The notes under the pieces are model-generated. The model saw nothing but the letters and a program-made list of their open reading frames with translations, was not told where the DNA came from and made no database searches. This document shows positions 10,255 through 20,284 of a stretch of DNA of 45,004 nt, in pieces; positions within the stretch are counted from its first letter, which is position 1, and each line of letters begins with the position of its first letter. The stretch comes from Marine Group II euryarchaeote MED-G33 (GTDB taxonomy: Archaea > Thermoplasmatota > Poseidoniia > Poseidoniales > Thalassarchaeaceae): contig CATISE010000082.1 of NCBI GenBank assembly GCA_949538655.1, forward strand, positions 1 through 45,004. The letters run 5' to 3'. Both the position numbers and the translations under genes were made by a program.

Positions 10255-10436
10255 TATTTTCAACTCCAACCCACGTTTCCGGGGTAGAAAGGTGACTCGG
10301 AAGCGAAAGGCCACATCAATTTCGCTGAGGGGTGATAAATTTTGAAACTGATTCACTCCGCTTTGCGGAGAGAAAGTGAGTGAAATTGAAGATTCTTGTA
10401 AACGTGGCATTGAAGAACAACCCCTCTGTCGCGAAC

Positions 10437-11378
10437 ATGATGAATGTCCTCGTGACCGGTGGTGCCGGTTTCATAGGTTCACACCTGGTCGACCGCTTAG
10501 TTGCCCGGGGAGACAGCGTAACAGTATACGATAACATGAGCAGTGGGCGGCAAGAATTCGTCGCACATCATGGCGATTCAATCCGATTCATTGAGGAAGA
10601 CCTACTCGACCTTGATGCAGTGAAGGCTGCAATGGAGGGGATTGATCTTGTATTCCATCTCGCAGCAAATCCCGATATCCGCCTCGGTACACAAATTACC
10701 GACACAGATCTCAAACAGGGAACTGTAGCGACTTACAATGTCCTAGAAGCCATGCGCTGTGCAGGTGTCAAAGATATCGCATTCTCAAGCAGCAGCGTGG
10801 TCTATGGGGAGGCATCACAGATGCCGACACCTGAATCATATGGGCCATTGTTCCCCATCAGTTTGTATGGTGCTAGCAAATTGGGTTCAGAAGCCCTCAT
10901 CACCAGTTGGGTGGGGACATTTGGTCTGAAAGCATGGCTATTCCGCTTCGCAAATATCGTTGGTGCACGTGGTACACACGGCGTCATTTTTGACTTTATT
11001 CACAAATTAAAGTCTGATCCGAATCGACTTGAGGTGCTCGGAAATGGTCGCCAAGAAAAATCATACATGGAAGTCATAGATTGTGCCCATGCAATGGTTC
11101 ACCTGACTGAAACAACCAATGAGCAGGTCAACTGCTTCAATCTAGGGACTCACGATACTTGCAGCGTCCGTCGGATTGCTGAAATCGTTATTGAGGAAAC
11201 TGGATTTCAAAATGTCAGTATCGAATACACCGGTGGTGATCGTGGTTGGGCAGGCGATGTCCCGAAAACCATGCTTGATCCCGGCGCATTGTTTGAGACA
11301 GGTTTCAAACCGAATTTTAATTCGGAAGAAGCCATCCGCCATACAGCATCTACATTGATACAGGAGATTGGATTGTAA
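10437..11378 (+). CDS. NAD-dependent epimerase/dehydratase (UDP-glucose 4-epimerase-like extended SDR)
   Basis: VLVTGGAGFIGSH, SSSSVVYG, YGASK and RFANIVG. Start taken as ATG 10437. Confidence 0.92.
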   Translation: MMNVLVTGGAGFIGSHLVDRLVARGDSVTVYDNMSSGRQEFVAHHGDSIRFIEEDLLDLDAVKAAMEGIDLVFHLAANPDIRLGTQITDTDLKQGTVATYNVLEAMRCAGVKDIAFSSSSVVYGEASQMPTPESYGPLFPISLYGASKLGSEALITSWVGTFGLKAWLFRFANIVGARGTHGVIFDFIHKLKSDPNRLEVLGNGRQEKSYMEVIDCAHAMVHLTETTNEQVNCFNLGTHDTCSVRRIAEIVIEETGFQNVSIEYTGGDRGWAGDVPKTMLDPGALFETGFKPNFNSEEAIRHTASTLIQEIGL

Positions 11379-12082
11379 TGCAAACAACAGGAATTAACAC
11401 GAAATCATTGGCAGATGACGAAAACGCAGATGCTCGCATCAACTCATTTTTCACCATATCCGCCATTTTGACAGCAGTTCTAATCATCGTATGGACATTG
11501 GCACCACCAGCTGATATTGGTGTTGATGAGGGCCAACTCGCACCCAACATTGTTAGCGAAGCTCACGTCAATGGAAATTGGGAGGATTTCCGCTTGTATG
11601 ATTACATCAATCACACCTGGACACAGGGTGAACAAGGGACATTCATTTTCTTGCAATTCGCTGATACGGATTGTGGGCACTGCTGGTCAGATGCTGCACA
11701 GATGACTGCCCTCCATTCACAATTTGGAATAGGAGGTTCATCTTCACTTGACGATGTTGAATTCATCACCATCTCAGTTGGCATGCTCGATACAGACCAC
11801 AGTCGTGCGGAAACCGTTGCATTCCAAGAGAAAGGGGATTGGGATGGTTGCAATCGAAATAGCAACTGTGCATCACGTGGTGGAGAAGTACACAATTGGC
11901 CATATGTGGACGATTTGAATCTGCGGGCCTTCAACGATTACAATCCTCCAGGGGTCCCCTTCCATCTCATGCTATCTCCTGATGGAATTGTCGTCTGGAA
12001 TAGTGCTCTACACAAGGATGTCTCGGACCCTCTGTATGACCCTGGTGTTGCCATAGAGTACCATTTGACGGAGAGTGCTTGA
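11378..12082 (+). CDS. Membrane-anchored thioredoxin-fold (TlpA/DsbA-like) oxidoreductase
   Basis: N-terminal TM helix, active site DTDCGHC, GVP cis-Pro loop followed by SPDGIVVW. Confidence 0.8.
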   Translation: MQTTGINTKSLADDENADARINSFFTISAILTAVLIIVWTLAPPADIGVDEGQLAPNIVSEAHVNGNWEDFRLYDYINHTWTQGEQGTFIFLQFADTDCGHCWSDAAQMTALHSQFGIGGSSSLDDVEFITISVGMLDTDHSRAETVAFQEKGDWDGCNRNSNCASRGGEVHNWPYVDDLNLRAFNDYNPPGVPFHLMLSPDGIVVWNSALHKDVSDPLYDPGVAIEYHLTESA

Positions 12083-12719
12083 AATGAGTGATCCAATGAT
12101 GGAATATGGACCTCTGACCGTTTTCATGACCATCATGGCAATCGGAGGTTTGATCGCCAGTAATGTGAATATTTCACAACTCGAAGGGATGGGGCAAATG
12201 CGCCGTCGATTGTTGGGTCTATTCATTATACAGATGGGTGGATTGGCAGCCAGTGCATGGACTTGGATGATTCACAATGAAATGATTACAGGTGGTTCAC
12301 AATTCTGTGCGGCCGAGGGTGTAGTTCAATGTGGGTCTGTAATTGGGGATCCTGTTTACTCAGAATTCTTCGGAGTCCCATGGGGTGTCGTCGGAATCAT
12401 GGCATTCGGCGTACTGGGTTGGTTCACCTTTTCCGTCTACATGGACATGAAGGCTGATTGGGCCAAGTCATACGTCGATTACGCCTGGTGGTTGAGTCTG
12501 CCTAGTATCCCTGGTGTCGCTTGGTTGGTCATCGTTGAACTCACTCTTGTTGAAGGGGCACCTCACATCTGTCCATACTGCACCAGTGTTCACATCGCAC
12601 TTATTGCGTGTCTATACCTACTCTACACGATTCGATCGGAACGGGATGCAGGCAACTGGGATGATACTCCTCAAAAACTGTCCAAGTCCGAACTCCTTGC
12701 CAAAGCACGCAACAAGTAA
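12075..12719 (+). CDS. VKOR family membrane disulfide-bond-formation protein
   Basis: Loop cysteines FCAAEGVVQCGSV, YSEFFGVP, redox motif ICPYC and several TM helices. True start may be ATG 12084. Confidence 0.9.
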   Translation: MLEMSDPMMEYGPLTVFMTIMAIGGLIASNVNISQLEGMGQMRRRLLGLFIIQMGGLAASAWTWMIHNEMITGGSQFCAAEGVVQCGSVIGDPVYSEFFGVPWGVVGIMAFGVLGWFTFSVYMDMKADWAKSYVDYAWWLSLPSIPGVAWLVIVELTLVEGAPHICPYCTSVHIALIACLYLLYTIRSERDAGNWDDTPQKLSKSELLAKARNK

Positions 12720-13010
12720 TCACGGTTGGAAAGTGCCACCGATTTCAAAGAGTGCAACATCTGTTCGCATGTCTACCGGTTCCATTCGAACCACTGTCAC
12801 ATCTAATCGAGTCTCGGAAGCATACAGTGCACGCAGTGTATCATACAGTCTACTTTGGACATCTGACATTTGTGCTCCACGTAGAATCGTCACCATGCGG
12901 ATCGGATTTTCTTCGGGAAGCTCGACGATGTATTCGACGAGCCATTCACGATCGACTTGTGCGCCCCCTAGGCGCTCTTGTTCTTTCTCTTCAGGGATGT
13001 ACGCCATCAT
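12720..13010 (-). CDS. Hypothetical protein (96 aa)
   Basis: Fills the gap, abuts the VKOR stop and has a plausible composition. Confidence 0.65.
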   Translation of the reverse strand: MMAYIPEEKEQERLGGAQVDREWLVEYIVELPEENPIRMVTILRGAQMSDVQSRLYDTLRALYASETRLDVTVVRMEPVDMRTDVALFEIGGTFQP

Positions 13011-13101
13011 TGTATTATTGGCACTGACAGACTATCAATGCTTCGCAGTTTGCCGTTTACACAGATTTACGAGAGTATAATATATGTCCACTTTGATGGA
13101 A

Positions 13102-13989
13102 CTATTCTCGGCGCATGACCACCGTTGAACACACTAGTGCCAAAACCAGCAAAAACAAGGCTAAATTACCGTATTTTTCCGCTTTCAGGAGATTATCGCC
13201 ATTTGAAACCCCGATTACGCCACGGACCTCCTCATTAAGTTCGATAACCGTCACAAAACCATCTACTTCACCATAAGTTTCCAAAGTATACACCGAGATT
13301 CCTCCTTCACTGTACAAATTACCCATTGAGATGTCCCACCCATGCACTCCATCAAAAGAATCTAACACAGACCCATTTGGAGAAAATGAAATCATCTGAG
13401 TGGCAACGTCATGATGTACATCGATTCCGTTGTTGGCGATTTCACTGGTCATTTCTAGTGTTTCTAGCCTAAAGACAGTAATGATTGCATCAGACGGTAA
13501 ATCCTCATCGATATTGAGGTGGAACTGATGTGTGTCCTCGTGTGGCGAGTTTTCCCATGAATCCCACCACACATGCATTCCAATCCAATCAACGCGATCA
13601 CCTTCAGCAGAACGCAGTCCATTTTCAAGTAGAGATGGACTCACCATCCCTTCGAGTAAACCCTGCCCATCAAACCAAAATGCAGGCAATGAAACAGATT
13701 CGTTGGCTTGTTTTTGTGTTATCCGTTTTGTCGTAAGTGCACTACCGAATGGGTCGTGATCATCTGGATGTAAAGCAACCCTAACCATGCGACTAGAGTG
13801 ACTCTCGGTGAATTCTGTAACCCACGGGTCAACAGTTGCGCATGTATCACACCAAGTTGCAGTGTATTGTTCTAGAAGGACTGCATGCCCACCCGAAGCA
13901 GTTCGGGATTCATCAGCGATTCTCTGATCAGCAGTAATCATGGGTAGCAGAAATAGTATGGTGAGGGTGACGGCCATTCCCTTCTGCAT
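13102..13989 (-). CDS. Secreted thioredoxin-like (Omp28-like) protein with C-terminal TM anchor
   Basis: Signal peptide, LLEQYTATWCDTC, VALH...LPAFWFDG, and a C-terminal hydrophobic helix ending RRE. Confidence 0.75.
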   Translation of the reverse strand: MQKGMAVTLTILFLLPMITADQRIADESRTASGGHAVLLEQYTATWCDTCATVDPWVTEFTESHSSRMVRVALHPDDHDPFGSALTTKRITQKQANESVSLPAFWFDGQGLLEGMVSPSLLENGLRSAEGDRVDWIGMHVWWDSWENSPHEDTHQFHLNIDEDLPSDAIITVFRLETLEMTSEIANNGIDVHHDVATQMISFSPNGSVLDSFDGVHGWDISMGNLYSEGGISVYTLETYGEVDGFVTVIELNEEVRGVIGVSNGDNLLKAEKYGNLALFLLVLALVCSTVVMRRE

Positions 13990-14056
13990 GGCCCAAGCGT
14001 TTCAAACGGGTCTCATTTACATATCCCGGGCTCGGCCCGGACAATGAGGGTGTGTC

Positions 14057-14854
14057 ATGAGTAAGCGCTGGTTTCAGGCTCATCAGCGCGATACGTGGCG
14101 TCGGCAGGCCCGTTCGAAGGGTTACCGGGCACGCTCAGCATTCAAACTCAAGCAAATTCAAGAAAAGTTCACTTTAATTCGTGAAGGTGATTTGGTTCTG
14201 GATGTAGGGTCCCATCCAGGGGGGTGGACACAAGTTTCAGTCGAAGAAACGGGGCCGAATGGTTTTGTCCTCGGTATCGACCTATTGGCCAGTGCTCCAG
14301 TTGAAGGTGCACAGATGATTATTGGTGATGTGACTGAAGAATCATCTCAAGATGAAATATTGGAACTATTACAGAATGGAATAAAGGTCAACGGGAAGCC
14401 TTTACCACCTGTGAATGAAGGGGAAACTCGTTTGTTCAATACCATCGTTTCAGATATTTCACCACGCTTGACTGGGCAGTATGATCGTGACCAAGCCATC
14501 TCACTCGAACTCGTCGCAATGGTTTTTGATTTCACCTTGCCATTGCTTCGGCCAGGGGGGGCTTTCGTGACCAAAATATTCCAAGGCACTGGGATTGAAG
14601 GAATTGTCAATGCAGCAAAGCAGCGTTTCTCAAGGGTGCAGAGATTTTCACCCGAGGCTTCACGTAATTCTTCTTCTGAGGTATTTTTAGTATGCAAAAA
14701 CAAACTCCCTCAGTCAAAGAAAGGTTCGAGAGGTACATCGGTAATGCAAGAATTAGACGTCCATCTTGAAAATGAAGGTATTATTCAACCGAAGGGCAAT
14801 GAGCCTGAAGAGGAGATCAAAAGCGGGTTCCGTCGTATTCCCAAGAAAGAGTGA
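14057..14854 (+). CDS. rlmE: 23S rRNA 2'-O-methyltransferase RlmE/FtsJ
   Basis: GYRARSAFKL, LDVGSHPGGWTQ, IVSDISP, FVTKIFQG and ASRNSSSEVF (K-D-K-E tetrad). Confidence 0.93.
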   Translation: MSKRWFQAHQRDTWRRQARSKGYRARSAFKLKQIQEKFTLIREGDLVLDVGSHPGGWTQVSVEETGPNGFVLGIDLLASAPVEGAQMIIGDVTEESSQDEILELLQNGIKVNGKPLPPVNEGETRLFNTIVSDISPRLTGQYDRDQAISLELVAMVFDFTLPLLRPGGAFVTKIFQGTGIEGIVNAAKQRFSRVQRFSPEASRNSSSEVFLVCKNKLPQSKKGSRGTSVMQELDVHLENEGIIQPKGNEPEEEIKSGFRRIPKKE

Positions 14855-14935
14855 CACATTCACTTTCACTTACCTCCTATCAAAATGATGGTAGACTAAA
14901 GGCGCTCAGCTCCGTTGCTCTAAGGAGTTGAAAAA

Positions 14936-15352
14936 ATGTCTGTCAGTATGATTGAAACCCAAAGCAAGCCAGTAATTCGAAACCGCAATTTGTCCCATAA
15001 CAGTATCCTGAGACATGTAGGGATGCATCAAGCACGAAATCGTCCAGAGACGCCCCCACGTACCCGCATTGAAGATTTGATTGCCAATCGTCCAATCGGG
15101 AGAATTGAATTGCTCGTATTACGACGCTACCCACGTAGAACAGTGATGTCAAAGGGCTGGACTGGATCTATTGCCGCTGCTTGTGGCCGAGATGAAACTG
15201 GCCTCATCGGCCTCATATTATGGGGTGATCAAGTCGATCGGGTTAGAACTGGGGATATCATCCAAATTCGTGGTGGTTGGTGCCGTTACAGCCATGGTCA
15301 GAAGGTTATTTCCACTGGGAGGACGGGGAGTTTAACCATATTGGAAGCATGA
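14936..15352 (+). CDS. Single OB-fold nucleic-acid-binding protein (SSB/RPA-like)
   Basis: DETGLIGLILWGDQ...GDIIQIRGGW pattern; SD-like GGAGTTGA upstream of the ATG. Confidence 0.8.
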   Translation: MSVSMIETQSKPVIRNRNLSHNSILRHVGMHQARNRPETPPRTRIEDLIANRPIGRIELLVLRRYPRRTVMSKGWTGSIAAACGRDETGLIGLILWGDQVDRVRTGDIIQIRGGWCRYSHGQKVISTGRTGSLTILEA

Positions 15353-15422
15353 TAGTGTGTTTGATGACCTTCGGTCAACCATATTAAGGAGAAGTCGGTC
15401 GCCGGCTCGCTGAGGAACTATT

Positions 15423-15590
15423 ATGCAGAAGCGCGCATCAACTTGCTCCGCCTCCGGTGTACCGTTGACGGACGCTAAGAGTACCTCATTCCCTTGTCCT
15501 AGTTGTGGCGAACCAATCGGCCGCTCCGAGCGATGCCGAAATCAGGCTGTAAACTACATTTGTCCAGAATGTGGATTTCAAGGGCCTTGA
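15423..15590 (+). CDS. Small zinc-finger protein (DUF1610/HVO_2753-like), 55 aa
   Basis: Manual translation: MQKRASTCSASGVPLTDAKSTSFPCPSCGEPIGRSERCRNQAVNYICPECGFQGP. Position immediately upstream of EF-1beta is typical for this family. Below the ORF-track cut-off. Confidence 0.88.
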   Translation: MQKRASTCSASGVPLTDAKSTSFPCPSCGEPIGRSERCRNQAVNYICPECGFQGP

Positions 15591-15604
15591 ATGGAGGATT
15601 TCCC

Positions 15605-15877
15605 ATGGGTGAAGTTGCTGTCAAATACAAGATCATGTGCGACCCTAATGTCGACAATGCGAATGCGGATGACATTGCAAATGCCATGAACAGTATGGCA
15701 AGTGAAGTTGGCGTTGTACAAATGGTTGAGACCAAACCACTCGCCTTTGGACTGAAATTCGTAGAAGCCCACTGTGTAATTCAGGAAGGCGATGGTACCG
15801 TTGATGAATTTGAGGACGCGATCCGTGAAATCAATGGTGTCGGCGAAGTTGAAGTTCTAGAAATCGGTCGCCTTTGA
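15605..15877 (+). CDS. ef1b: Translation elongation factor 1-beta
   Basis: MGEVAVKYKIM...PLAFGLK...GVGEVEV; SD GGAGG upstream of ATG 15605. Confidence 0.93.
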   Translation: MGEVAVKYKIMCDPNVDNANADDIANAMNSMASEVGVVQMVETKPLAFGLKFVEAHCVIQEGDGTVDEFEDAIREINGVGEVEVLEIGRL

Positions 15878-15878
15878 T

Positions 15879-17285
15879 TCAGTATTGAGTCAATGGTGCT
15901 CGCATAAATTCGCGCATTAGAATGGTCGCGTATGTTCCACTAGGCAATGAGAATCTCAAGCGCAAACTGCATCCGTCTGGGTGCCACATTTCTCCATCTC
16001 TGGGACCTTCTGAAAATCGGTTTGACAAACTTTCACTGTCTACATCACCTGCTTCTTCAACACTGAATTCATCGAATGAAACCGTCAACGCTCTCCGACT
16101 TCCCTTTGACGTCAATCTGGGGATGCCCGAAACTTGCCAGTTCTCCTCGTCAAGATTCATTTCTACTAGAACCTGTTTCTCAATCTTCCCTGGCTTTGAA
16201 TCCGAATATACACTTTCAGCCCCTGGTAGTGCTGCAGTCACAGCCAAACGTCCACGCTTACAATTTCTCGCAATCCGTGGTAGGATACTGGATTCGACTT
16301 CAACCAATTTTGCCATGTCGATTTTACCATTGTCTTGAATCAAGCCAACAACATCCCCTTCGATCGGTTCTGAGAGTGTTAGTCCGGCATCCAATCTTGC
16401 CGCAATGATCCGATTGAAAGCTTCTGACTGAAGACTGTGGACCATCATTAGTTGCAAATTATTTGGAAGTTTTCGAAAAGCTCCAACCCAGTCTTCCTCT
16501 CGTTTTGCCAAATGTTTCAACATATCCCTTTCAAAACCCAGGTGTTGGGGTATAATTTCTAGACACTGATCTACGTCAGATGTTTCACGCCATAATGTTC
16601 GAAACGATTCCACCTCTGGTTGCTGATATATTCCGGCCATGCCAAGATATGCATCGACAGCCCCCTTCCAGTCATCTGCAATTACAGAACGTCCGACAAC
16701 AGGGGTGACCGGGCGTGTTGCTCCAAATCTTTGGGGTCCAATCCAGTTGGGGAATTTCCCTTCGCCCAACCTGGTTTCCATGTTCTCAAAAATCGTGTTG
16801 ACTCTGGCAATCGCGTCCTTTGCTTCCAAAGGTGTGCCATCAGAGTCAGCACATCCTCGAACAGTGATTGTGAATCGGTTGCTACTGTGATCACCAAATC
16901 CCAACTTCTGGTGGCTTCTACCCAAGATTTCGATTTCGACATCTGGCATGTCAATGGTAGCGACTTTTTTCTGTGGTGCATCGACCACAAGCAATTGAGT
17001 TGTAATTGCCCGTTTATCTTTCGTCCCACTAAACCAAATCCGATTTTTTGAGATTCCTAGTTTCCGAGCCAATTTGCCGACGAATCGATTTGTTTCCCAA
17101 TTTGTTAGGGTGACTCGAATGACAGTGAAACGGCCTTTGCCTTCCAAGGCAGGAGTTTTCCCAATCTCTTCAACACGGAAGTCCTCGAATCGAGATTTCA
17201 GTAAGCCACCAATCCCAATGCCATCACAAGCATATCCGGTTAGCCCACAGGCTGCCGCGATATCCGCGGGTGTCATTACAATCAC
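15879..17285 (-). CDS. truD: tRNA pseudouridine(13) synthase TruD/Pus7
   Basis: EDFRVEEI, SGTKDKRAITTQ, FPNWIGPQRFG, GSRR and FSLPSGTYATILMRE. Confidence 0.95.
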   Translation of the reverse strand: MIVMTPADIAAACGLTGYACDGIGIGGLLKSRFEDFRVEEIGKTPALEGKGRFTVIRVTLTNWETNRFVGKLARKLGISKNRIWFSGTKDKRAITTQLLVVDAPQKKVATIDMPDVEIEILGRSHQKLGFGDHSSNRFTITVRGCADSDGTPLEAKDAIARVNTIFENMETRLGEGKFPNWIGPQRFGATRPVTPVVGRSVIADDWKGAVDAYLGMAGIYQQPEVESFRTLWRETSDVDQCLEIIPQHLGFERDMLKHLAKREEDWVGAFRKLPNNLQLMMVHSLQSEAFNRIIAARLDAGLTLSEPIEGDVVGLIQDNGKIDMAKLVEVESSILPRIARNCKRGRLAVTAALPGAESVYSDSKPGKIEKQVLVEMNLDEENWQVSGIPRLTSKGSRRALTVSFDEFSVEEAGDVDSESLSNRFSEGPRDGEMWHPDGCSLRLRFSLPSGTYATILMREFMRAPLTQY

Positions 17286-17286
17286 T

Positions 17287-17547
17287 TCAGGGGAGTGTCA
17301 AACCATCGAATTCTTTGGCAATATCCTTGCAAAGTCCCTTTAGGACTTTAGATGGATCCTTGCCTTTTTTGCAACGGAGATAAAATTCGGGTTCATCTAG
17401 TTCAGGATGGCCAACGAAGTAATTTGCATATTCGACATCTTTGCTATCATTTAGTCGTGATCGGAATAATTGTAGGGATGTGTGACATTCTCCAGTTATT
17501 CGGATTCGGAGTTCTCCGCCATCGTTCAAAAGTACCTTTATCGCCAT
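17287..17547 (-). CDS. rpoL: DNA-directed RNA polymerase subunit L (Rpo11)
   Basis: ELRIRITGECHT...VEYANYFVGHPE, 86 aa. Confidence 0.88.
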   Translation of the reverse strand: MAIKVLLNDGGELRIRITGECHTSLQLFRSRLNDSKDVEYANYFVGHPELDEPEFYLRCKKGKDPSKVLKGLCKDIAKEFDGLTLP

Positions 17548-17598
17548 GTTGACCAGCCCGCCGACCCAGCCTACCCTTTTGAGCCTTCTTTATTCACC

Positions 17599-17615
17599 CA
17601 CCCACTATGTGGGTG
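17599..17615. promoter_or_regulatory. Inverted repeat CACCCAC-TAT-GTGGGTG
   Basis: Perfect 7-bp stem with 3-nt loop in the divergent rpoL/RND intergenic region. Confidence 0.55.
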
Positions 17616-17695
17616 TCAATCTTTAGCTTTGATACCTGATTCAGCGAGCATTTGCAGCCTTCCATCTTATCAATTGAATTCTGCTCGCCAACGCT

Positions 17696-20284
17696 ATGGG
17701 TGAGGGGGAATCAACCGAGTACACCTTGGTTAGTGCCTCCTCTTTTGAGAAGGTATCCATTCCAATTCTCGTTTGTGCCCTGATTCTGACCCTCGTATTG
17801 GGTGCACAATTATTCCCCATGCCAGTGTTCGACACTGACCTGTCAGCATTCACACCAGAAACTCCCGCGGAGGAAGCTGAAGCCCGAATGGCGGCTGATT
17901 TCCCTGCAGAAAGTCGACCCATGTTCATCCATGTGACCGTAGATGATGGGACGAATGTTCTGTCCATGGAAAATTTGCATTTACAACAACTCGCTTTAGA
18001 TGAAATTCTCAATCGGTCTCAATCCTCAAATGATTATATTGAATCTATGATGGCGGCACCACAAATTCTCCAAAATGCCATCGACGAATCCAATCAGACC
18101 AATGATTCCTTGTTGACAGACTATGATACCTGGGCTGCATTGTTAGATGCCATACTCGATGAAGGTACGAAATGCACAGATGCTCTTGGAGATGAACGGG
18201 CACTTTCAGCAGGGGCCTTCATCAGAGATGGTCTGATTCATACTGATTTGGATTACTCCTCCTCATGCGATTACTTGACTGCGAAGGCCTCTGATCCCAA
18301 TGCGACCGGAAATGCAGCCCCAACCGCATCTAGTACTCTTTGGGTACTCTTGATCGACCCGGAACTCGATGATACTGCACGTCAAATCCAGCAGGATTTC
18401 ATCCGAACCCAGCTAGATGATTTTTCATCTGAAAGTGATTTACATTTCCAATCCACGAGTCTAGATCTCATGAGTCATGATATCAACAAAAGTACGATCG
18501 GCGAGTTGGTCATGCTGGTCTCTGCTGCGGTCGCAGTCGTGGTACTGCTACTGGCTTTCGCATTCCGCTCTGTGCGGGGAGTAGCATTCCCATTGGTGGG
18601 CCTATCTGCATCTCTTGTCTGGACATACGGTGGCATGGCGTTAACAGGGATGCAATTTTCAATTCTAGAGGTCGCTGTGGCTCCAGTTGTATTGGGACTT
18701 GGAATCGACTATAGTATTCACTTGCAACGCCGATACAACACCTTCCGAGCCGAAGGTGATTCTGCAAGTCTTGCGTGGCTCAAGGGCTTTGAGACCCTTA
18801 AGATCGCTCTGTCTTTGGCCGTGATTACCACCATGGCCGCCTTCATTGCCAACATTGCATCACCCCTTCCACCATTGCGAAATTTCGGCTTTGGGCTTGC
18901 CTTTGGTGTATTTTGCGCCTTCATATCTTCGACACTCTTGGTTGGTGCCTTACACGTTGTCATGGAACGAGAATCTTCGGCATATGCGAAACACCTCGAA
19001 TGGATGCGGTTTGGAAATTTCAGCAAGCACATGGTCAGTTTCCAGAAATCACATCAAGCCAAAGTCATCGGTATAGCCGCAATGTTGACAGTGGGATCGT
19101 TGATTTTCGCTGCGGCAAAATTGGAAACTGAATTTGAGCTTACCGATTTCCTGAGTGAAGATATGGATGTCATGGAAGGGCGAGATCATCTCTACACATC
19201 ATATGATGCAGCTGGGTGGAAACCGATTTACATCCTGGTCGAACCTGCAGAGGGTCATACATCAATCACAGATGATGCTGATTTCTTAGGTGCGAGTCGG
19301 ATTTTAGACTCATCCTTGGAACATACAAGGGGTGTCGTTTCCCCACAGGCTGATGGTAATTCGCACCCTGCTTACGATGGGCCTTATCCAATATTATTTG
19401 ACGCAGTAGAAGGCGATTCGGGTTTTGGTTTAACACATAATTTGACGATTGACGATGAATTGGAAAAGACTCAAACATACAAAGAAGGCGATATTGCAGC
19501 CGCATTGAAATCCTTGAGTACGAATGATTCGATTTCAGACCCCCTCACTGGGGAGAGTTGGTCCGAGCGTGTGGAAAAGGTAGTCGTGTTCAACGCCGAT
19601 GATAGCATTCGCTACATCCGCATGGAAGTGCTCGTCGAAGTCAAGACGAGTAGCGATAGTTCTGCCGTTCTCGCCGCACTTCGAAATACTGTCGATAATT
19701 TTGCCAACCATCCTGGTTTGGATGAGGCCAATGTGCACATTGCGGGAGACATTGTCAGCCTTGAAGCCGTTCTAGATGGTTTGACAGAATCTCAGTTGCA
19801 ATCCACACTCATCAGTTTAGGAGTCTGTTTTACAGTATTGTTGGCCCTTACTCGTCGGATTGGTCCTGCACTAATCATCGTCTTACCCGTTGGAATTGCA
19901 GCAACATGGGTGGTTGGTTCCATGGCGGTATTGAATCTAAATTGGAATGTGATGACCGTCATGGTCACCGCATTGACCATCGGCTTGGGTATTGATTATT
20001 CCATACACGTCTGGCGGCGATTTGAGGCAATGAAAAATCGAGAAGGTGATCTTTGGGATGGGATGAAGGAGATGTATGCTTCAACCGGTGTCGCTTTGCT
20101 ATTGTCTGCGGGCACCACTGTTTGTGGCTTCACCGTCTTGTTATTCTCCCAGATGCCCGTTGTCCAAGATTTTGGAATTGTCACTGCAATCACAGTGTTC
20201 TTCTCACTTGTTTTAGCATTGATCTTACTACCTGTATTCTTGGTTTTAGATAGCCAAACCAAGAATGGTTCATCGCATGACTAA
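17696..20284 (+). CDS. RND/MMPL family transporter (second paralog)
   Basis: Duplicated GLGIDYSIH motifs and a 2x(1+5 TM) architecture. Confidence 0.9.
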   Translation: MGEGESTEYTLVSASSFEKVSIPILVCALILTLVLGAQLFPMPVFDTDLSAFTPETPAEEAEARMAADFPAESRPMFIHVTVDDGTNVLSMENLHLQQLALDEILNRSQSSNDYIESMMAAPQILQNAIDESNQTNDSLLTDYDTWAALLDAILDEGTKCTDALGDERALSAGAFIRDGLIHTDLDYSSSCDYLTAKASDPNATGNAAPTASSTLWVLLIDPELDDTARQIQQDFIRTQLDDFSSESDLHFQSTSLDLMSHDINKSTIGELVMLVSAAVAVVVLLLAFAFRSVRGVAFPLVGLSASLVWTYGGMALTGMQFSILEVAVAPVVLGLGIDYSIHLQRRYNTFRAEGDSASLAWLKGFETLKIALSLAVITTMAAFIANIASPLPPLRNFGFGLAFGVFCAFISSTLLVGALHVVMERESSAYAKHLEWMRFGNFSKHMVSFQKSHQAKVIGIAAMLTVGSLIFAAAKLETEFELTDFLSEDMDVMEGRDHLYTSYDAAGWKPIYILVEPAEGHTSITDDADFLGASRILDSSLEHTRGVVSPQADGNSHPAYDGPYPILFDAVEGDSGFGLTHNLTIDDELEKTQTYKEGDIAAALKSLSTNDSISDPLTGESWSERVEKVVVFNADDSIRYIRMEVLVEVKTSSDSSAVLAALRNTVDNFANHPGLDEANVHIAGDIVSLEAVLDGLTESQLQSTLISLGVCFTVLLALTRRIGPALIIVLPVGIAATWVVGSMAVLNLNWNVMTVMVTALTIGLGIDYSIHVWRRFEAMKNREGDLWDGMKEMYASTGVALLLSAGTTVCGFTVLLFSQMPVVQDFGIVTAITVFFSLVLALILLPVFLVLDSQTKNGSSHD

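Noticed and set aside
15503..15604. N-terminal extensions in the ORF track (EF-1beta; also 10380, 9952, 10410, 25052, 30309, 31399)
   Set aside because: Longest-ORF artefacts; downstream starts have SD-like sites or avoid overlap with real genes.
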